DNA of 59,243 nt from a virus (IMGVR_UViG_3300022690_001351:1-59243); one strand, 5' to 3'; shown: positions 47,500-56,025, numbered from the stretch's first letter. The notes: a model not told the origin generated them from the letters alone. Translations and numbers: made by a program.

Positions 47500-47784
47500 G
47501 TGGATAAATGCAAGGTACTAATTCAATTTAATATGGATATTAAGATGAATGAAAATGTTGTGAATTTATCGCACATGGATACTCTTATGGATGATATTGA
47601 TAAAATGTTTTGTCGGATACTATCGCAAGTAAAATCAAGAGAAGATGCTATTCTTGTTATAGATATGCTAGAAAACAATACTGTAACCTGTATAGAGGAA
47701 TGCCATTCTTTCTTGCCATATGGGAGGATAGTATCCTTTAAAAAGGCGATTAAAAAGGCGATTAAAAAGGAGAGGCTAAAATGA
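47500..47784 (+). CDS. hypothetical protein
   Basis: ORF; 12-bp tandem repeat encodes KKAI-KKAI near C-terminus. Confidence 0.55.
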   Translation: MDKCKVLIQFNMDIKMNENVVNLSHMDTLMDDIDKMFCRILSQVKSREDAILVIDMLENNTVTCIEECHSFLPYGRIVSFKKAIKKAIKKERLK

Positions 47785-47968
47785 GTAATTCGATTATAAT
47801 ATTTGGTCTATGTTGTGGAATATTTTTTTCATGACGGGCATAACAGCCACATTGATATCAAAGGCAAAAATAAAAAAAATCAAAGAAAAATATGAGAAAA
47901 AAATTACAGAAATAAAAAAAGAAATAAAAGAAGAAATTAAAAAGTTTAAAAAATAGAAAAGAGTTATT

Positions 47969-48475
47969 ATGTCAAGTAAATTAAGAATGGCTGCTCAATA
48001 TGGACATGTTGAAAAAGTTATAAAACTTTTAACTAAAGATATTGATATTAATGCTCGTGACTGCAATAATCGTACAGCTTTAAACTTTGCAGTTGCAAAC
48101 GGACATATACATACAACAAAGCTATTAATTGAAAAAGGTGCTGATATTCATACTGTATATGACGATCATTCTCCATTATTACACATAACCACTTTATCAA
48201 AAGATTTATTAATGGCAGAGTTGTTATTAAATGCAGGTGTAAATATTAATGATATATGTGGGGATCGTCGTAGTACAGCATTACATGGGGCTGCCATGAA
48301 TGGCAATGTAGATGTTGTAAAATTTTTGTTAAAAAATAATGCAAATAAATATCTAAAAAATAATAGAGGCGAGACAGCGTTGGATCATGCTAAACACAAT
48401 AAAAATTCTTATTATCGTCGTAAGCGTAAGCAATATGAAGAAATTATAAATCTATTAAAGGAGGGATCAGAGTGA
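47969..48475 (+). CDS. ankyrin repeat protein
   Basis: TALNFAVANGH, TALHGAAMNGN, GETALDHA repeats. Confidence 0.95.
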   Translation: MSSKLRMAAQYGHVEKVIKLLTKDIDINARDCNNRTALNFAVANGHIHTTKLLIEKGADIHTVYDDHSPLLHITTLSKDLLMAELLLNAGVNINDICGDRRSTALHGAAMNGNVDVVKFLLKNNANKYLKNNRGETALDHAKHNKNSYYRRKRKQYEEIINLLKEGSE

Positions 48476-48750
48476 TGGTAATTAGGTGTGCATACAATAC
48501 AACGAGATACAGGCTAGCTATTTTGTGCGCATGCCATAAACATAAATAAGGTTTTACCACATCTTATGTTATATGGAGTTAATCTATGTTGGAGTCGTTA
48601 GTTAGGGTAGTGATTGCATAGGATTAACACTTGGTTACCATCATTTTGTTTTATGCTCGTGTCCAAAAACCAAAGTTCAGCTGACAACGGTTAGACGGTA
48701 AAAAGCAGGTCAGCGGATATGATTCTTCTAAGTCCGTCCACGAGCAACCT
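48473..48750 (+). ncRNA. candidate structured RNA region (two adjacent folded domains)
   Basis: 17-bp closing helix 48473-89/48627-43 with G-U pairs; second domain closed by TGCTCGTG/CACGAGCA. Confidence 0.5.
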
Positions 48751-48801
48751 TAATTATTGCGGAGATACGATCTTTTAGAGAAAATTAAAAAAGATACTAC
48801 G

Positions 48802-49068
48802 ATGACTGATAAATTTCCAAAATATATAAATGGTAGGATTACATTTCATGATCAACATAAGGTGCAATTTGTATACCTCGAGAAATTTAAAAATAATGAT
48901 GACAGCATTGAAATAGAATGTCCAATTATTAAGAATATTAATATTAGTAAAGAAGATAAACTAAGACTTATGGAACATAACAAAATATTTCATTTACACT
49001 GTGGAACTTTTTTTGATGTCAAAATGGAAGTAACAAAAGAAATTTATAAGATTATAGAAATTTACTAA
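48802..49068 (+). CDS. hypothetical protein
   Basis: ORF beginning MTDKFPK. Confidence 0.55.
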   Translation: MTDKFPKYINGRITFHDQHKVQFVYLEKFKNNDDSIEIECPIIKNINISKEDKLRLMEHNKIFHLHCGTFFDVKMEVTKEIYKIIEIY

Positions 49069-49074
49069 TCAACT

Positions 49075-49103
49075 TTAACTTAACTTAACTTAACTTAACT
49101 TAA
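49075..49103. repeat. (TTAAC)5-TTAA microsatellite
   Basis: Perfect pentamer run abutting the AAGGAG RBS of 49113. Confidence 0.9.
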
Positions 49104-49112
49104 GGAGACGCT

Positions 49113-49568
49113 ATGACTGATGAGAAAAAACCTAAATCTAACCCAAGACCTAAATCTAACAAAAAACCAGAAGAAATCTCAACGAAGACTGGATTCATAG
49201 TAGTGGCATTATTATTATGTTTTGGAACTTGTACAGTATTATTGCATGAGCCTATTACACCCCCCTCCCCCTCACCTGAACAACAGGCTACTAGGGATAG
49301 AGAACAGTCTGAAGCTGATAGTGAAAGAAAAGCAATATCACTATGTAAAAGGGCTGTTGAAAAAGCTGCCGAAGGTTCTGCGGTTGATTTTGCTTGGGGT
49401 ACTGCCTATGGCGTTGATATGGAAGATGGTGTTTGGTGGATTCATTTACCGAACACTAAAGTACAAAACGCTTTTGGAGTATGGATAACATATAAGGCTC
49501 TATGCACAGTATATCCAGATGATCACATAGAAAACTTTGCTATGAATCAGGGTGTAACACAGTATTAA
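49113..49568 (+). CDS. single-TM protein with periplasmic domain
   Basis: Basic N-tail, TM, Pro linker, Cys pair. Confidence 0.7.
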   Translation: MTDEKKPKSNPRPKSNKKPEEISTKTGFIVVALLLCFGTCTVLLHEPITPPSPSPEQQATRDREQSEADSERKAISLCKRAVEKAAEGSAVDFAWGTAYGVDMEDGVWWIHLPNTKVQNAFGVWITYKALCTVYPDDHIENFAMNQGVTQY

Positions 49569-51481
49569 ATAGTATTCTGACCAACATTGAAGTTAGGCAT
49601 ATTCTTTGATTGCGTATTAACTTGAGTGCCTTGAGGTAGGTTATTAAAATTAACATCTACAATTGCACTTGATTCAGGGGATTTGCCTTGCTGTGATGCT
49701 GTGGTTTGTGTGGGAGATGGGGCTGCTGTGGGTATAGATGCAGTAGGTGCAGTGGGCCCAACAAAATTAGTTTTATCTAAAGCTGCCCTAAGTGCTAATT
49801 TTGTTTTGGCTATCTCCCCTGGTGTTACTGAGGCAAGCCTTTCTTTGATAGTCTGGATAGGCGTTCCTAATGCTTGAGCTGCAAATTTTTTAGCTACTTC
49901 TGCTCTTTTTATTTCTCTTTCTTTTTCAAGTTTTTCAAAAAATGGAATTCTTGCAGGCTTTGCAGCTAAACCTATAAGCTTCCCAAATCTACTTGTTAAC
50001 GTCTCAACTTGTTTTATTTCTTTAAAAAGACCAAATAATTGAAAAAATTTAAGACCAGCATTAAAAGTCTCTATAAATACATCACCTAAAATAGCAATTG
50101 CGAGACCTGCCGCCGCTATTCCAGCAGCAAAAACCAGAAATGTTACGGCTGCAGGTGTTAAAGCTAAACTTAATAAGCCAACTGCTATAGCTAATGGCCC
50201 TAATACAGCAGTCAATCCTAGTGCTAATAGAATCATCGATTTTGTTCGTGGACTTAATTTTTTAAATCCCTCTGCCATTTTTTGTATTGTAGCAGTAAGC
50301 CCTTTCATTTTGTTTTTTAAATCAGTAGTTTTAACTATAGAATCACCAAACACTGCAGATGCGAGAAAAACATTATCTTTTAATGTAGAAAATACACCTG
50401 CAAGTGATTGAGATTGTTTTTCCATGGCATTAAATGCTATGCCACCTTTTTTTGTCATATTCCTCATGACGCTTGTTATTAAGTCAAATTTTATCTTTCC
50501 TTTTTCTGCTAATTTAAATATTTGATCCTTGGTTAAGTTAAGTCTTTTTGCTAACCTATCTATGACTGGGATTCCTCTTTCACTAAGTTGTAATAACTCC
50601 TCCGTCATAGCCTTACCTTTATTTTTAATTTTAGCGAAGATGGCAGACATATCTGTCAAAGGCGTTTTAGTCACGGAGGCAATATCACCGAGCAACTTTA
50701 ATCTATCATTCAATTCACCTGTTGTTACGCCAGCGGCTAATAATTGAGTAGCTGCCTTTCCTATTCCCTCTAATTGGAAAGGCGTTTTTGCTGCAAAATC
50801 TGTTAAAGATTTTACGACTTGTTTTGCTTTTTCTGTACTGCCGGTTAATGAGTCAAAAGATATTTGCATTGTTTCTATTTTTGCAGATGCAACTAACGCA
50901 CCAATGCCTAAAAGAGCAATAGGAGCAGTAAGCCTTAAAGTTACTGCCCTTCCTGCATCTCTCATTGATCTACTTACTTTATTCATGCTCCTAGAAAGTG
51001 TAACGCTACTTACAGCAGCTTTTCTCATTGATGCAGCAGCTTTTCTCATTGATGTGGCTAATTTTATAGTGGCTACAGTAGCCTTTTTCGCCGCAGCTGC
51101 AGTTGTCGCAGTTGTCGCAGCAACCCTGGCTAGAGCAGTAGAATTTAACCTAGCAAAAGCGGTGTATTTTCTAACACTTGTAGCCACATTTCTCGTCGCA
51201 ACTGTAGTCTTTCTCGTCGCAGTGGTAACTTGAACCGTAGCCACCGTAGCCGCCTTCGTAGCCGCAGCCGCAGCCGCAGTAGCCGCAGTAACCTTACCTA
51301 TTGACGCAGAATTGATTGACGCACTTTGAGCCGCAGTTTTCATTGAATTAGACATCTTTTTAAATGATGCATTGCTTTTTAATGCACTTTTATTCATGGC
51401 GTCCATCGATACTTTAATCCTCTTCGCAACCGCTGAGAACTTATCTATTGCCTGTATAATAAATGAAATGTCTGTAGCCAT
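49565..51481 (-). CDS. tail tape measure protein
   Basis: AIDKFSA start, FAAKTPFQLEGI, LGDIAS, EELLQLSERGIP, FSTLKDN tape-measure motifs. Confidence 0.95.
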   Translation of the reverse strand: MATDISFIIQAIDKFSAVAKRIKVSMDAMNKSALKSNASFKKMSNSMKTAAQSASINSASIGKVTAATAAAAAATKAATVATVQVTTATRKTTVATRNVATSVRKYTAFARLNSTALARVAATTATTAAAAKKATVATIKLATSMRKAAASMRKAAVSSVTLSRSMNKVSRSMRDAGRAVTLRLTAPIALLGIGALVASAKIETMQISFDSLTGSTEKAKQVVKSLTDFAAKTPFQLEGIGKAATQLLAAGVTTGELNDRLKLLGDIASVTKTPLTDMSAIFAKIKNKGKAMTEELLQLSERGIPVIDRLAKRLNLTKDQIFKLAEKGKIKFDLITSVMRNMTKKGGIAFNAMEKQSQSLAGVFSTLKDNVFLASAVFGDSIVKTTDLKNKMKGLTATIQKMAEGFKKLSPRTKSMILLALGLTAVLGPLAIAVGLLSLALTPAAVTFLVFAAGIAAAGLAIAILGDVFIETFNAGLKFFQLFGLFKEIKQVETLTSRFGKLIGLAAKPARIPFFEKLEKEREIKRAEVAKKFAAQALGTPIQTIKERLASVTPGEIAKTKLALRAALDKTNFVGPTAPTASIPTAAPSPTQTTASQQGKSPESSAIVDVNFNNLPQGTQVNTQSKNMPNFNVGQNTI

Positions 51482-51631
51482 ACTGAACCTTTAATACCGA
51501 CGGCTTGCTTATTAGTGAGCCGTCTATAACGATGAAATCTCGTATAGTGTATGAGGTTTAATCTGAATTGTAAATAAAAAACTCCGCACGCCTAGACAGT
51601 ATACGGAGTTTAGAAAGACGCTATAAAGATG

Positions 51632-51661
51632 ATTATATTATTATAAATTATGCAGTGTCAA
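51632..51661 (-). promoter_or_regulatory. sigma70 promoter upstream of tape measure gene
   Basis: TTGACA-18-TATAAT. Confidence 0.6.
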
Positions 51662-51666
51662 GAGAT

Positions 51667-52218
51667 TTATAGGTTTTTTATATACATAGGACCGCGGACA
51701 TCAGAATTTATTGCTTCGGCGGATTCTAATGCAGCTAGTATCCTTTTTTCTGGGTCTTTATCATCTTTTGTAGTCCAAAGCGAACCTCGTGCTGGTGTAT
51801 TGCCATCACCAATAGCATGCCCGCATTTATGACAAATTAATACATCATAACTATATCTAATGCAATAAAGAACACCCTTGTAACCTATTAACATATCTCC
51901 TACAAAAGTATCTCTATTTTCTGAAATTACTGCATACCCTGCATCCTTAAATATTTTGCGGAGATTTTCAATAACTGTAGTTCTTATAAATTTCTCATCG
52001 GAATCATTTTGATCAAGACGAATAGGATTAAAATTATAAGTTACAATGTCTATCATTTTATTACGACCTGTAATGCCAATTAAGAATTGATCATATTCAG
52101 TTTTAATCTCAAAAATTTTATTTTGATGAGATGTTATATATGTATCTTCGTCATTTATACAGGAATCAGCCCCCATATAAACCTTGCCTTGATCTTCAAT
52201 TCCTACAATACACGTCAT
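51667..52218 (-). CDS. Ntn-hydrolase, HslV/proteasome-beta-like peptidase
   Basis: MTCIVG...MGADS with Thr2 nucleophile, NKIF, AIGDG motifs. Confidence 0.75.
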   Translation of the reverse strand: MTCIVGIEDQGKVYMGADSCINDEDTYITSHQNKIFEIKTEYDQFLIGITGRNKMIDIVTYNFNPIRLDQNDSDEKFIRTTVIENLRKIFKDAGYAVISENRDTFVGDMLIGYKGVLYCIRYSYDVLICHKCGHAIGDGNTPARGSLWTTKDDKDPEKRILAALESAEAINSDVRGPMYIKNL

Positions 52219-52247
52219 AGTTACTCCTTTTTAAAATTAAAAATAGA

Positions 52248-52445
52248 TTAAATTACTTCTTGCTCTATAGCATGGTCAATAGCTTTTCTTATCAGAGAAC
52301 TTTGATATACTACTGGGGTGCCATATTTCCTGTCTTTATTAGCTTCCATAGCTACTTTTTCTAAATATTTCTTTTGCCTGAAAGGAAGGTGTATTGAAAA
52401 TGTCACCGCCTTTTCATCATCATTCTTGTCTTTATCCTCAGTCAT
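52248..52445 (-). CDS. ribbon-helix-helix-like protein
   Basis: VTFSIHLP...QSSLIRKAID. Confidence 0.55.
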   Translation of the reverse strand: MTEDKDKNDDEKAVTFSIHLPFRQKKYLEKVAMEANKDRKYGTPVVYQSSLIRKAIDHAIEQEVI

Positions 52446-52776
52446 TTTCAGCCTCTTTTATTTTTAATAATCTATTATACTCTTTATCAGTAATACCAGC
52501 ATGACATTGGGCAACGTCAAGTTCTTCAACAGCCTCATCAACTCTTTCAACAGCCTCATCATACTCCCTTTTGGCATCCCTTATTGCACCTTCTTTTTTT
52601 AATGATAAAACCTTAATCCTAGCGGCTGTTAAGTCTATTTCACCTGTTAATATTTCATGTAAAAATGTAAATGATTCAAATACTGCATCAGGCACTGCTA
52701 ACTTTGAGTCACCACACCATGTTCTTACTTCTTCTCTGGTTATGGTTTTATATTTAAGTCTTTTTTCCTCAGTCAT
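52438..52776 (-). CDS. hypothetical protein
   Basis: GGAG RBS before MTEEKR. Confidence 0.65.
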   Translation of the reverse strand: MTEEKRLKYKTITREEVRTWCGDSKLAVPDAVFESFTFLHEILTGEIDLTAARIKVLSLKKEGAIRDAKREYDEAVERVDEAVEELDVAQCHAGITDKEYNRLLKIKEAEND

Positions 52777-52807
52777 TTTTATCTCCATGTTAAACATATC
52801 ACAACAT

Positions 52808-52836
52808 AGCATATAATAACTAGTTGTGTATGTCAA
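52808..52836 (-). promoter_or_regulatory. sigma70 promoter for three-gene insert
   Basis: TTGACA-17-TATGCT. Confidence 0.6.
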
Positions 52837-52842
52837 GACATT

Positions 52843-53040
52843 TTAATAGCCATCCCTTTTTTCTTTGGCGTTGTTCTCCCTGTTTTTTCTATGTGTGAAT
52901 TTAGCTGTTTGATATACTTGAGGAAGTGGCATGTTCTCAAAAGATTTTATATCCCCTAAATGACTATAGTTAGCAAGACTGAAAATGAGATAATCAAGTT
53001 CCTCAATCGCTCTATCTCCTAGAACGTGATAGGCAAAAAA
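52843..53040 (-). CDS. -1 frameshift extension of tail assembly chaperone (gpGT/E+E'-like)
   Basis: Slippery TTTTTTG at 53040-53034; -1 frame open to TAA at 52843, containing FENMPLPQVY. Confidence 0.7.
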   Translation of the reverse strand, partial: FFAYHVLGDRAIEELDYLIFSLANYSHLGDIKSFENMPLPQVYQTAKFTHRKNRENNAKEKRDGY

Positions 53041-53522
53041 TTCTTTATATATGCTCCCAATACTCCCTCTTCATCAGCCGCCTCAAGCTCGCCATGTAAA
53101 TGGTCATTAAGTGGAATCTCACCATCAATCTTACAGCAATCCTCTAAAATTAAAATTTCTTTTAATGCTTTATAGCAATCTTCAATGTCAACTACCGTGG
53201 AACTTAATAATTGAAATGTGATTTGCCTAGGTGTTAAATCAGCTACTATATCTACAGATTCTTCTTCTTCTTCTTCGTTCTTTGATTTGGATAAAGTGTC
53301 TCTTGCTTTCTCAATTGCATCGTCTGATAGGTCTTTTGCTAAATCAGCGAAATTTTTACGAAATACTTGAGCAATAAGTCGTTTTAATTTTCTGCATGGC
53401 TTTTTTAAGACTTTATTTCTTGTAGGGGCTTTGATGACAAGATAAGTGCCTTCATGATCTGCAACGCCAGCTTTGGAATATTTTATTGGAGTAGTTAGTT
53501 GAAATGTAAAATCTTCTTTCAT
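53019..53522 (-). CDS. tail assembly chaperone
   Basis: Between tube and tape measure; FQLTTPIKY start; slippery site near end. Confidence 0.75.
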   Translation of the reverse strand: MKEDFTFQLTTPIKYSKAGVADHEGTYLVIKAPTRNKVLKKPCRKLKRLIAQVFRKNFADLAKDLSDDAIEKARDTLSKSKNEEEEEESVDIVADLTPRQITFQLLSSTVVDIEDCYKALKEILILEDCCKIDGEIPLNDHLHGELEAADEEGVLGAYIKNFLPITF

Positions 53523-53677
53523 TATTTTTCCTCTATTGGATTATTAATTTCAGGATTAAGCTCAACTTTAATTGTTCCTTGAATAGATTTGATTGGTCGA
53601 ACCATTTGTATTTTTACATCTATAGGCATACTATAATCAAATGTCTCATAAAAAAGAAACTCTGACAGTGTAACCAT
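53522..53677 (-). CDS. small hypothetical protein (51 aa, not in ORF track)
   Basis: AGGA RBS, TAATG overlap with chaperone, TTGACA at 53736-53731. Confidence 0.45.
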   Translation of the reverse strand: MVTLSEFLFYETFDYSMPIDVKIQMVRPIKSIQGTIKVELNPEINNPIEEK

Positions 53678-53746
53678 AATAATTTCCTATACATGTTATA
53701 TACATAATATATAGAGAATATATATATGATTGTCAAGGGGAGGGGG

Positions 53747-54136
53747 CTATACCGCAGAAGCAGACATCCATTCAAGATCAATTGCACCATCAAAAGCAAG
53801 AGCTACAGTATAAATATTTGTTAATATAGCGTTATTAAAAGTTCTGGTAATACCTTCATTGACCCACTGTACAGAATGACCATTTGGGATATTGCTAACC
53901 TTTAATGCACGAGCAGATTCAATTAGTTCTGATGTGTTTTTAAAAGAAAATTTAAAGCTGCTGAAACGAGTTTCACCATTATCAGCAATCACAGCCTCAA
54001 ATGCACCGCCGCCAGCAGACAGAGTAGTTATAGATTGTTCTCCAAGACCCTCATCATACTCAAAAGAATTTGGTACGATCAAAAATCCAACGTTGTCTAT
54101 TATGACTTGTGGTAATGTAATAGCTAATTGTACCAT
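53747..54136 (-). CDS. tail tube protein
   Basis: Directly after sheath; 129 aa, beta-rich, IVPNSFEYDEGLGE. Confidence 0.75.
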   Translation of the reverse strand: MVQLAITLPQVIIDNVGFLIVPNSFEYDEGLGEQSITTLSAGGGAFEAVIADNGETRFSSFKFSFKNTSELIESARALKVSNIPNGHSVQWVNEGITRTFNNAILTNIYTVALAFDGAIDLEWMSASAV

Positions 54137-54151
54137 TTCGAAATCCTTTTA

Positions 54152-55699
54152 TTATGCTGCTATATCGAACACAATTTGTGTTGTTCCACGAAATTCTCTA
54201 GCTTGGACAACAAGTGGTGTTTGCATGTCAATTCTCACAAAACCATCTATTAAGATTGTATTTACAACAAGATTTTGTTTAAAAAATTGTATATTTTCCT
54301 CGCCCGCCCTAGTAAGTACAAAATCGACCTTTGATAATATATCATATAATCCAGTCAAGAATCCTGCTATTTGATCCGCATCAGCAAAATTTCTCTGAGC
54401 AATAGACTGTCCAGGATCAGTAAGACGATGTTGTGGATATGCAACTCTTAAATTATTAACAAAGAATTCACGCACACCTCTGGAAGTTCTTACTACATTC
54501 TGGAATTTAAATGTCTTATCAGGTTGTCCAGCATTATTTGTTTTATACGTGGTAACAATTTCACCCATTAATACTTTACGATTATTTTGATCATTTTCAA
54601 TAACACTTATACCTACATCATTTAATGAATTAATTTCAAGTTGTGTCCAGTGAACATCCTGATCAATAACTGATAAATTATTCAGTGGAGTATTAAAATA
54701 TGGTAGGCTGGCAATAGCAGTGCCTCCTGTAGTGTCTCTAGCTCCATTCACTGAAGTGACAAGTCTAGAAAGATTTGAGCCATCTGTTAATCTAAGTGAA
54801 TCTATAGCTGCAAAAAGAGCGGCTATATTTGCATCAAGCTCGAACTCCATTGAGCCTTTATATAATGCCTTGTCTACTTTTTGATTACCAAGTACGATAA
54901 GATTTAATGTATCTTCTCCGTCTCCGATAGTATCCAATGCACTAAACGTATCAGTAATTGATACATATGCAGAACCATCAAGTATATTATTTTCAACGTT
55001 GCTTCTTGCATCAAGAAAATCTGTAAATTCAATACGATCATAAGTACTTGGAAATGCGATTGTTTGATAACGCAATTTATCAGAAATAACACCAAATAAA
55101 GTAGTCAGGCTAGGATTTGTAAGACCACCTGTCATTGCTGTTAGACTTGTTGTAATACCTGCAACGCTGCCTGTTACTTCCAAGCCTATTGTATTACCTT
55201 CTAAACCACCTTGAACTGCTGTTAAAGTCACAACACCCGCTGTATTTCCTGCTGTAGTTGGATTTGTTAAATCTGCTGTAATTGCTGTAACCAACTTTGC
55301 TGCTACAACGGCTTCAGTGTCCCCGCTTACAATATCAACATTAAGACTATTATTTTTTCTTGATCCTATATTAACAACGAGCGTACCATTTTCTGTGGCA
55401 GTACCTGCAAATGTAATAGTACCTGTAGCATCAACAGCCGAGCCGTCATCATCTAAGCCTATTGCATCAATTTGTGTTAATTGATTTATTCTTTTAAACA
55501 TCCGCACTTGTGAGGCAAGCATAGAATTTATGCCGAAGAATGTATCTTCAGATGAGTCATTTAATATATTTTCTATTAATGCACCGCTTGTAGCAGTGGC
55601 AGCTGAAGTTTGCTGACCAACCAACAAAACCTTTTGCGGCTCGTTTGAGATTATTTGAGTAGCTGGTAAAATAACTAAAGTAATATTAGGATTAGTCAT
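54152..55699 (-). CDS. tail sheath protein (Mu gpL-like)
   Basis: KVLLVGQ, FGINSML, ATGTITFAGTATENGTL, IVTTYKTNNAGQPD motifs. Confidence 0.9.
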   Translation of the reverse strand: MTNPNITLVILPATQIISNEPQKVLLVGQQTSAATATSGALIENILNDSSEDTFFGINSMLASQVRMFKRINQLTQIDAIGLDDDGSAVDATGTITFAGTATENGTLVVNIGSRKNNSLNVDIVSGDTEAVVAAKLVTAITADLTNPTTAGNTAGVVTLTAVQGGLEGNTIGLEVTGSVAGITTSLTAMTGGLTNPSLTTLFGVISDKLRYQTIAFPSTYDRIEFTDFLDARSNVENNILDGSAYVSITDTFSALDTIGDGEDTLNLIVLGNQKVDKALYKGSMEFELDANIAALFAAIDSLRLTDGSNLSRLVTSVNGARDTTGGTAIASLPYFNTPLNNLSVIDQDVHWTQLEINSLNDVGISVIENDQNNRKVLMGEIVTTYKTNNAGQPDKTFKFQNVVRTSRGVREFFVNNLRVAYPQHRLTDPGQSIAQRNFADADQIAGFLTGLYDILSKVDFVLTRAGEENIQFFKQNLVVNTILIDGFVRIDMQTPLVVQAREFRGTTQIVFDIAA

Positions 55700-55740
55700 A
55701 TAAATTTTTATTTTGCAACAAAAACCTTATCAATAATATT

Positions 55741-55769
55741 ATCTTATGCTTATAAAACAGCCCTGTCAA
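55741..55769 (-). promoter_or_regulatory. sigma70 promoter for sheath gene
   Basis: TTGACA-17-TAAGAT. Confidence 0.65.
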
Positions 55770-55782
55770 ACATTTTTTTTAA

Positions 55783-56025
55783 TTAATCTTTCTTTTTAGT
55801 GATAGATTTTTCAGCGGGCTTTTTGGTAGGCTTTTCACTGATAATTTCTATATCCTTATCTCGAAGGCGATTCCTCCAGAATTTATCTTTTATAATTTCT
55901 TTATCATCCGTATTAAGAATTATGATGTCATTTATTTTATATTTTTTTAATGTGCCACTGGACTTTCCATCAAATAAGACGCAGCCAGTAAAATTCTTTA
56001 TTATATTAAATTGTATTTTTTTCAT
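55783..56025 (-). CDS. small pre-sheath protein (Mu gp38/DUF2635-like position)
   Basis: FWRNRLRDKDI motif, AGGAG RBS. Confidence 0.6.
   Translation of the reverse strand: MKKIQFNIIKNFTGCVLFDGKSSGTLKKYKINDIIILNTDDKEIIKDKFWRNRLRDKDIEIISEKPTKKPAEKSITKKKD

Noticed and set aside
49075-49103. Canonical CtrA box
   Set aside because: TTAA copies recur every 5 or 10 bp, not the 11-bp TTAA-N7-TTAA spacing
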